This document shows positions 54,810 through 60,932 of a DNA stretch of 60,932 bases, in pieces. Location: the NCBI GenBank assembly GCA_050701795.1, contig JBOGDK010000001.1, forward strand, positions 1-60,932, read 5' to 3'. The translations under genes were made by a program, and so were the position numbers. The notes under the pieces are model-generated. The model ran no database searches. It was not told where the DNA came from and saw only the letters and a list, made by a program, of their open reading frames with translations. Source of the DNA: Micromonosporaceae bacterium. Its GTDB lineage: Bacteria > Actinomycetota > Actinomycetes > Mycobacteriales > Micromonosporaceae. Every line of letters starts with the position of its first letter. Position 1 is the first letter of the stretch.

Positions 54810-55811
54810 TCAATCGGTGGCCAGCGGCTCGACGAGGTCGTCTGCCGGACGTGATGCTGAAGCCGGCTGAAGCCGTCGCGGCATCAGCTCGATGGTCTGT
54901 ACCAACCAGAAGACGGCGAAGAGCAGGGCTACAGCTATCTCGAGCCAGAAGATGCTGATCACTTCGAGCCTCCACAGGGCGACCCCGCTCACGGCGACGA
55001 GAACCAGCAGCACGGCGATCCAGTGGTAACGATTCCGGGTCGGCGTGTCGACTACCAGGCGCAGCGGCCGCTCATCGTGGCGACGCGCGTTGGCGACGGC
55101 GACCACGAGAACACACACCAACAGGCCGACGGCGGTGGTGAAATGCGCATAGTCGATAAGCCATTCGATGCGGACGATGAAGGCAACCGTTCCCACCACC
55201 CACACAAGCAGAGCGAGGCCGAATCCCCACCAGAATTCCGCCCCGAAACGCCCCCGGCCCCTCCGCTTGAACACCACAGCGAGGCACACAGTGGCGACCA
55301 GACCCAGCAGGCCCATGACCAGCAGCGCGAAGATGTTGTTCTCGACGTTCGCCCTGGTGGCGACGGCCAGGGCCTGAACCGTGGGGCAGTCCGTGTCCGT
55401 GAGCAGGGGGCTGTCCGCCTGCTCGCAGATCGCAACGGCCGCCCGGTAATCCTGGATCCGCGAGGTGGGAACGATCGCGACCACGGCCGCGAAGATGCCG
55501 CCCAGGTTGAGAAGAACCTCCTCCACACTGGTCGTGCCCTTCAAGGCGATCATGCACGCGCCGAGACCGATGAGGGCACCAACGAAGATCGCTTGTGCAG
55601 GGGTGTAGTAGTACGCACTCACCGACGGCAACGGTCGGAATCCCTGGTGCGAGGTCTGGTAGAACACGGCTGCCCCTAAGCCGACCAGCAGAGCGACCAT
55701 CGCCGTTCGCAGGTAGCTGTAGGACTTCACCCAGATGTCGTTGTACAGCTGTGCCTCAGTTGAGGAGTTGGCCTGGCCCGCCGGAACGGCTTCTCGAACA
55801 TCCCCAGACAT
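54810..55811 (-). CDS. Polytopic membrane protein, unknown family
   Basis: 333 aa, about 7-8 hydrophobic helices, high GC3. Confidence 0.6.
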   Translation of the reverse strand: MSGDVREAVPAGQANSSTEAQLYNDIWVKSYSYLRTAMVALLVGLGAAVFYQTSHQGFRPLPSVSAYYYTPAQAIFVGALIGLGACMIALKGTTSVEEVLLNLGGIFAAVVAIVPTSRIQDYRAAVAICEQADSPLLTDTDCPTVQALAVATRANVENNIFALLVMGLLGLVATVCLAVVFKRRGRGRFGAEFWWGFGLALLVWVVGTVAFIVRIEWLIDYAHFTTAVGLLVCVLVVAVANARRHDERPLRLVVDTPTRNRYHWIAVLLVLVAVSGVALWRLEVISIFWLEIAVALLFAVFWLVQTIELMPRRLQPASASRPADDLVEPLATD

Positions 55812-56033
55812 CTCGAAACTCCTATGTGTCGTTCCGGTCCACCAGGACAGCGGAGATGGTCAATGTGGAGGCACGTGGCCGTGTAACGGATCTACAGCCC
55901 CTGGACGGCGTTGTCAACGCTTGTCCACCTGCTCGTGAAAGGGGCCGATCAGCTGCGATCCGGTTCGCGCGGCATGCGGTAATCGCCTACACCTGACGAC
56001 CGATGGAGGAGCAACTCTCAGCCTGGCGATCTC

Positions 56034-56050
56034 GCGGAAAGCGTTTCCGC
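56034..56050 (-). terminator. Hairpin immediately 3' of tRNA-Val
   Basis: GCGGAAA-gcg-TTTCCGC, 11 nt beyond the tRNA 3' end. Confidence 0.45.
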
Positions 56051-56060
56051 TGGACGGGTG

Positions 56061-56135
56061 TGGTGGGCGCGGCTGGGTTCGAACCAGCGACCCCTCGCTT
56101 GTAAGGCGAGTGCTCTTCCACTGAGCTACGCGCCC
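56061..56135 (-). tRNA. tRNA-Val (anticodon TAC), CCA encoded
   Basis: The reverse complement folds as a cloverleaf. Acceptor stem GGGCGCG/CGCGCCC; D arm GCTC/GAGC; anticodon stem CTCGC/GCGAG with loop CTTACAA; T arm GCTGG-TTCGAAC-CCAGC; then ACCA. Confidence 0.9.
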
Positions 56136-56219
56136 GCTGGCTGGCGGCAAGATTACCCTGCCGCCAGCGTACGGCTCATCCCGGTTCCCCACCCGTACGG
56201 CTCGGAGCCGGGCCCGTTG

Positions 56220-56687
56220 TCAGACCTCCGCGACCTCGGACAGCGCCTTCTTCCATCCGCCCTGGTCACGGGCATCGCCGGGCATGTTCATCTCCGCGAA
56301 CCGGACCACGCCCTGCTTGTCGATCACAAAGGTGCCGCGGTTGGCGATGCCGGCGGTGTCGTTGAACACCCCGTACGCCTGGGCGACTGAGCCGTGCGGC
56401 CAAAAGTCCGACAGCAGCGGGAAGTCGAGATTCTGCTGGTCAGACCAGACCTTGTGGCTGTACGGCGAGTCAACACTGACCGAGAGCACCTGCACCTCGT
56501 CGGTGCTGAAGTCGCTGAGGTTCTCCTGGACCTGGCACATCTCACCCTGGCAGACCCCGGTGAAAGCCAGTGGGTAGAACACCAGCAGGACGTGCTTCTT
56601 GCCAGCGAAGTCGCCGAGCGAGACCTCCTGGTTGTTCTGGTCCTTCAGGGTGAATTCTGGCGCCTTCGTACCCACCTCGATCGGCAT
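56220..56687 (-). CDS. ahpE: AhpE-like 1-Cys peroxiredoxin
   Basis: 155 aa from MPIEVGTKAPEFTL. Active site FYPLAFTGVC. The upstream 70 codons of the track ORF were rejected. Confidence 0.85.
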   Translation of the reverse strand: MPIEVGTKAPEFTLKDQNNQEVSLGDFAGKKHVLLVFYPLAFTGVCQGEMCQVQENLSDFSTDEVQVLSVSVDSPYSHKVWSDQQNLDFPLLSDFWPHGSVAQAYGVFNDTAGIANRGTFVIDKQGVVRFAEMNMPGDARDQGGWKKALSEVAEV

Positions 56688-56757
56688 GTGGTCCCTTTCC
56701 GGCTTGTCGGTCGCATCGTGATACTCAACCGATCCTAGAAAGCCGGAACGGGAACGC

Positions 56758-57192
56758 CTAACGCCGGTTACGGGATGTGCGCGGCGCCACGAGTCGGGCA
56801 CCCACCCAGTCCCGGCCGACGCTGACACTCGAGGTCTGCTGCAGCCCTGCGGTCGGGGTCGACTCGCTGATCTCACTCGGCTCGACGTGGCCCTCACGTC
56901 CGGCCTTCGGCGTCAGCAACCAGATCACCCCGGTATCAGCCAGCGGTGTACGAGCGTCCATCAGGGCGTCCACCAGGTCACCGTCGTCGTCACGCCACCA
57001 GAACAGCACGACGTCGACCACCTCATCGGTGTCCTCGTCGACGATCTCGCCACAGCGGTCGATCACGACGTCGCGAAGCTCGGAGTCGACATCGTCGTCG
57101 TACCCCACCTCCATGACGACCATGTCCGGCTCCATACCAAGCCGGTCCGCCAGGCTCTTCAGGCCGTCGGCCTGACCAGCGGTCGCGCTCAC
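56758..57192 (-). CDS. DUF3052 domain protein (Rv2239c-like)
   Basis: 144 aa. VVMEVGYDDDVD...VVLFWWRDDDGDL...IWLLTPK pattern. Sits next to ahpE, as in mycobacteria. Confidence 0.75.
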   Translation of the reverse strand: MSATAGQADGLKSLADRLGMEPDMVVMEVGYDDDVDSELRDVVIDRCGEIVDEDTDEVVDVVLFWWRDDDGDLVDALMDARTPLADTGVIWLLTPKAGREGHVEPSEISESTPTAGLQQTSSVSVGRDWVGARLVAPRTSRNRR

Positions 57193-57318
57193 CTTCCACT
57201 TCCCCCTCTGATCGGGCGTGCCCGTACGGCACCGTCAGCGCGTAGTTCACACGCCTCCGGACGCCGAACGCAAGTGGCACACCAAAGGAATCCCCTCCGT
57301 GATCACACTTGACGGCCC

Positions 57319-59589
57319 TCACAGTGGCCGCGCCACCAGGGTACGGGCTGCATCCTCCACCGCGTGCTCCGCCACCAGAACGTGTGCCGCGGCGGGCCCC
57401 ACCGGAACGAAGGAGTCTTCGCTGGCCAGCATGGCGATCCGGCCCGCGAAGCCGGAGCCGACCAGCCTCGACACCATGGCGTCGGCGATCCCCCCGCAGC
57501 GGCGGGCCTCGTCGACCACGAGCACCCTGCCGGTCGCGGCCGCCTCCCGCAGGACATCGTCGGCGGGTAACGGCGCAAGCCACCTCAGATCCACCACCCG
57601 GCAGGCGATCCCCTCCTCGGCAAGTCGCGCGGCGACCCGCAGGCTGGCCCACAGCCCGTCCCCGTACGTGACGACGGTGAGTTCATCGCCCTCGCCGTAC
57701 ACCCGTGCCCGGCCGACCGGAACGTGGCCGGTGACCCACTGCTCAGGGGCCGGGTACTGGGCCAGCCACTGACTGTCACCCTCTACGTACAGGTCTCGGG
57801 CGTGGTAGAGCGGTGCCGGCTCCAGGAACACCACACAGGTGCCGTCCGTGCTGGCGGCCGCGATGCAGGTACGCAACATCGACGCCGCGTCGTCGGGACG
57901 CGCCGGTGCGGCGATCACCAGCCCGGGGATTTCCCGCAGGGCACCGATCGCGTTCTCGTTCGCGCTGTGCCCACCGCTGCCGTCCGGGGCGGCGAACCCG
58001 GGCACCCGGATCACCAGGGGGTTGCGGAACTGGCCCTGGGAGAAGAACTGGGTGGGCGCCGCCTCGTCCCGCAGTTGACCAGCCGCGTTGTGCAGGGCCG
58101 AAAGCCGGGGGATCTCCGCCACCGGCAGCAGACCGGCCAGCCCGCAACCGAACGCCAGCCCCAGCACCGAGGTCTCGTCAGCGAAGGTGTCGAACACCCG
58201 GGCCGCCCCGAACCGGTCGCGCAGCTCCTCGGTGATCCCGTGGTCGCCTCCGCCCGCGACCGCGTCAGGGCCGAAGACGACCATCCGGGGGTACGCCGCC
58301 AGGGCGTCGCACAACGTACGGTTGACCGCCCGGGCGAGGGTCACCGGACCCTCGTTCTCCGGCAGCCGATCGGGGAATCCCCGGGCCCGTACGTCAGGGG
58401 TGGCGGCCACCGCGGCGGTCTGCGCCACCCGCAGCGGCCGGCGCGGCGCCAGTGGCGCGGTCACCTCCTTCACGGAGCTGAGCCGGGGCTCGGCGACCAC
58501 CTGCTCAGCAGCCTTGCGGACCCGCCAGCCGATCTCGTCGTACCTGCGGATCAGGTCTTCCGGGGTGGCGACACCGGCGGAGACCAGCTGTGTCGCCGCC
58601 ACCAGCAACGGATCCCTGGACGCGTCGTCCGGGGTGGTGTGGTCCATCAGCCGTAGCAGATCCAGGTGTAGTACGGCTGGCCGGCGCCGCCCGCGTACCC
58701 ACCGGACGGCCTCGGCGGCGGCCCGGTGGGTGTCCACCAGGTCGCATCCGTCAGCGGTGAAGTACGCCACGCCGGGCCGGGAACGCAGTACGTCCCCGAC
58801 CCAGGCCGCGGTACCCCCGGTGCCGGTGGTGTCGTCCTGGCAGACGAACAGCAGCGGCAGCGGTACGCCGGCGTACTGGCACCAGCCTGCCGCGTTCAAC
58901 GCCGCCGCGGTCGTGCTGTGGTTGACCTCCCGGCCCCCGAACGCGGCCGCCACCACCGCGTCGTCCGGCAGGTCCAGATCCGCCGCCCCGAGCCGCCGGG
59001 CCCGCTCCGCGCCGAACGCCAACCCGAGGGCGCGGGGCAGGTGCGAAGAGCCGTTCGACGAGGTGGGCAGTACGGCCAGCGCCCGGGAACCGTACGGCTC
59101 GTGCCGCCCACCCGACATCGGCTCAATGGCCGCGCCGACAACGGCGGAGAGCACGTCCAGCACCGGGTCGCTGGCGGGCACCTGCGCCGCCCGGGCGCAG
59201 TAGAACCCACCGGAACGCGGGTACAGCAGCGCCGGATCGGTGGGACGCAACGCCGCGGCGACCGCGGCCACTCCTTCGTGGCCAGCGGAGCTGACCGCGT
59301 GGTAGCCCTCGTTCCAGGACCGCAACCAGTACGCCGCGAGGTCGAGCTGCCGGCTGGTGAGTTGGGCTTCGTACAGCTCCTGAACCTGGTGTCCGGTCAG
59401 GTCGCCGTCGGCGCGAACGGGTACCGCGCCGGGATCTGGAGACTCTCCGGCGGGCTCCGGGGCCGCCAGCGCGGCGACCGCGTCACGAAAACTGCTGTCA
59501 AGATCCCAGGCCGACGTCACCGCAACAGGATCGCTGATATGCCCCGTTCCTGTCTCGCCGGGGTGCCGCCCATGCTGCGAGTCGGTCAT
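57319..59589 (-). CDS. Thiamine-diphosphate-dependent 2-oxoacid dehydrogenase E1 component, fused alpha/beta subunits
   Basis: 756 aa. The N-terminal half is E1-alpha-like; the C-terminal half is E1-beta/transketolase-like (VVFGPDA, IAEIPRL..., VVDLRWLAPLP). Confidence 0.8.
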   Translation of the reverse strand: MTDSQHGRHPGETGTGHISDPVAVTSAWDLDSSFRDAVAALAAPEPAGESPDPGAVPVRADGDLTGHQVQELYEAQLTSRQLDLAAYWLRSWNEGYHAVSSAGHEGVAAVAAALRPTDPALLYPRSGGFYCARAAQVPASDPVLDVLSAVVGAAIEPMSGGRHEPYGSRALAVLPTSSNGSSHLPRALGLAFGAERARRLGAADLDLPDDAVVAAAFGGREVNHSTTAAALNAAGWCQYAGVPLPLLFVCQDDTTGTGGTAAWVGDVLRSRPGVAYFTADGCDLVDTHRAAAEAVRWVRGRRRPAVLHLDLLRLMDHTTPDDASRDPLLVAATQLVSAGVATPEDLIRRYDEIGWRVRKAAEQVVAEPRLSSVKEVTAPLAPRRPLRVAQTAAVAATPDVRARGFPDRLPENEGPVTLARAVNRTLCDALAAYPRMVVFGPDAVAGGGDHGITEELRDRFGAARVFDTFADETSVLGLAFGCGLAGLLPVAEIPRLSALHNAAGQLRDEAAPTQFFSQGQFRNPLVIRVPGFAAPDGSGGHSANENAIGALREIPGLVIAAPARPDDAASMLRTCIAAASTDGTCVVFLEPAPLYHARDLYVEGDSQWLAQYPAPEQWVTGHVPVGRARVYGEGDELTVVTYGDGLWASLRVAARLAEEGIACRVVDLRWLAPLPADDVLREAAATGRVLVVDEARRCGGIADAMVSRLVGSGFAGRIAMLASEDSFVPVGPAAAHVLVAEHAVEDAARTLVARPL

Positions 59590-59630
59590 CGCGCCTGGCC
59601 ACGGGTCTCAAGCACCCCCGCTTCACGCCG

Positions 59631-60605
59631 CTAGGCGAACTGGATCGCGATGGCGACACCGATGGCCTCACCCATCAGCGTGTCGTCGAGCCCCTCCTTG
59701 GCGTCCTTACCGTCGTAGTACGCCGCGGTGGCGTAGATCACGTACTCCTTCGTCGACGAGACGTACGTGTAGATCTTCGTGTCCTCGGTGATCTTCGAGC
59801 CCTCCGGGGTCAGGTACTTGAACCACGAGTTGTAATCCGGGTAGTCGCCGTACTTCTCGGCGCCACCGTCCTTGGCGGCGGACTCCGAGCCGACATCGAC
59901 GTAGCCCATCGTGACCGCGTACTTGTCGTCGTCGGAGGTGTAGAGCGCGAGGTAGACCTTCTTGCAACCCACCTCGGAGAGGGTGTTCTTCGCCTGGTCA
60001 CCCGCCGCGACGTTCTCGCAGTCGGTCTCTCCCAGGGCCTCGCGGGTGTACTTCGGATGCTCCGGCGGTTCCAGATTGTCCGGGAACAGCACATCCGCGC
60101 GCTCCGAGTCGGTCATCGGGATGCCTTTGGAGTCGTCGCCCTCCGGGGCCGCGCTGGTCGCGGCGGCGGTCGGCGACGGGTCGGCGGTCCCGCCGCCTCT
60201 CGAGGCGTACCAGACACCGCCCAGCACCAGCACCAGGACCAGCACCAGGCCGCCACCGGCCAACGCCATGATCGCGCCGCTGGACATTCCGGAACCGCCG
60301 CTGGGAGGCGGCGCCCACGGCTGCCCGTACGGCGGCGCCGACTGCGCCGGGACCCCCGAGTACTGCTGCGGCGGGGCGGACGCCTGCGCGTACGGGTCGG
60401 CCTGGTACTGCTGGCCGTACCCCTGGTACGCCTGGGACTGATCGTAGGACTGTGGCTGGTCGTACGACTGTGGCTGGTCGTACGACGGGTACTGCTCGTA
60501 CGACTGCGGCTGCTGATAGGACGTGTATTCGTCCGGCTGCGGTGATCCGTACGGATCCGGCTGCCCCTGGGGCGGCTGGCCACCGGCCGGCCCCTGGTAG
60601 CTCAT
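59631..60605 (-). CDS. Pro/Gln/Tyr-rich single-pass membrane protein
   Basis: 324 aa. Low-complexity N-terminal region (QSYDQP repeats), one TM helix (ALAGGGLVLVLVLVLGGVWY), then a ~170-aa globular extracytoplasmic domain. Confidence 0.65.
   Translation of the reverse strand: MSYQGPAGGQPPQGQPDPYGSPQPDEYTSYQQPQSYEQYPSYDQPQSYDQPQSYDQSQAYQGYGQQYQADPYAQASAPPQQYSGVPAQSAPPYGQPWAPPPSGGSGMSSGAIMALAGGGLVLVLVLVLGGVWYASRGGGTADPSPTAAATSAAPEGDDSKGIPMTDSERADVLFPDNLEPPEHPKYTREALGETDCENVAAGDQAKNTLSEVGCKKVYLALYTSDDDKYAVTMGYVDVGSESAAKDGGAEKYGDYPDYNSWFKYLTPEGSKITEDTKIYTYVSSTKEYVIYATAAYYDGKDAKEGLDDTLMGEAIGVAIAIQFA
60444..60515 (-). repeat. Four tandem 18-bp units encoding the (P/S)QSY(D/E)Q hexapeptide repeat
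   Basis: GTAGGACTGTGGCTGGTC / GTACGACTGTGGCTGGTC / GTACGACGGGTACTGCTC / GTACGACTGCGGCTGCTG. Confidence 0.8.
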
Positions 60606-60932
60606 TTCTCGCCTCGCTCAACCGCACCGGTCGCGCCCGTACGGACCGGAGAGTCGTCGTACCGTGCTATCAGTTTCGCTGGCTGGCGCTCGCTCATGAC
60701 GGTCAGGGTACGGGTCCGCCGCACGGCCTGATCAACACCGACCCTCAGGGGTCGCCGCCGGCTCACCCCGTGAGCAGCGACAGCCGCACCTGCCGGGTCG
60801 GATTGTCCCCGTTGGTATCGACCAGGCAGACCGACTGCCAGGTGCCGAGCGCGAGCCGGCCGTCGACCACCGGCAATGTGGCGTACGGCGCGACGAACGC
60901 CGGCATCACGTGGTCCCTGCCGTGTCCGGGAC
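60602..60932 (-). CDS. YjbQ/UPF0047 family protein, C-terminal part (5' end off window); 3' end uncertain
   Basis: Manual translation gives PGHGRDHVMPAFVAPYATLPVVDGRLALGTWQSVCLVDTNGDNPTRQVRL..., which matches the YjbQ C-terminal region. The frame stays open for about 55 extra codons to a TGA at 60604-60602 that overlaps the next gene's ATG. Confidence 0.55.
   Translation of the reverse strand, partial: SRTRQGPRDAGVRRAVRHIAGGRRPARARHLAVGLPGRYQRGQSDPAGAAVAAHGVSRRRPLRVGVDQAVRRTRTLTVMSERQPAKLIARYDDSPVRTGATGAVERGEK

Noticed and set aside
54810-56135. tRNA-Val as the attachment site of a genomic island covering the 47-56 kb accessory block
   Set aside because: There is no integrase or recombinase gene in the window. 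I could not find a direct repeat of the tRNA 3' end (for example GGTTCGAACCAGCGACC) anywhere upstream.

Overview
A 60.9 kb high-GC (roughly 70%) actinobacterial chromosome segment. All calls come from reading the ORF translations and the DNA by eye; no searches were run. A conserved housekeeping backbone is recognisable, in the same order I recall for the mycobacterial glnE-glnA2 ... panB ... Rv2228c-Rv2230c ... ahpE-DUF3052-E1 region. Backbone elements are: glnE (partial), glnA2, nadE, panB, F420 reductase, RNB ribonuclease, rnpB (RNase P RNA, not in the ORF track), RNase H/phosphatase, zinc-ribbon protein, Nif3, tRNA-Val(TAC), AhpE-like peroxiredoxin, DUF3052 protein and a fused E1 alpha/beta dehydrogenase. 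Accessory blocks sit between these. They include two tandem S8 proteases; a SARP/NB-ARC/TPR regulator next to an M23 peptidase; an amidase and a GHL10-like hydrolase that share a C-terminal module; a secreted PLD-like protein; a truncated beta-propeller plus an orphan ORF; an acyltransferase, hydrolase and LuxR block; and a multicopper oxidase with a two-component system. Two loci deserve follow-up. (1) 47.5-54.7 kb is a six-gene, translationally coupled operon: a P-loop protein with a repeat tail, an ABC exporter, and two (alpha/beta-hydrolase + membrane-anchored CapA/PgsA-like) pairs. It has no PgsB/PgsC-type ligase and carries a relic that documents a segmental duplication. (2) 34.9-37.6 kb is an XRE-TPR regulator translationally coupled to an HFCD-type flavoprotein, divergent from a small stand-alone Prim-Pol gene with atypical codon usage. 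No CRISPR array, integrase, transposase or PKS/NRPS core gene was seen. Many long ORFs in the track are antisense or off-frame shadow ORFs typical of high-GC DNA and were rejected.
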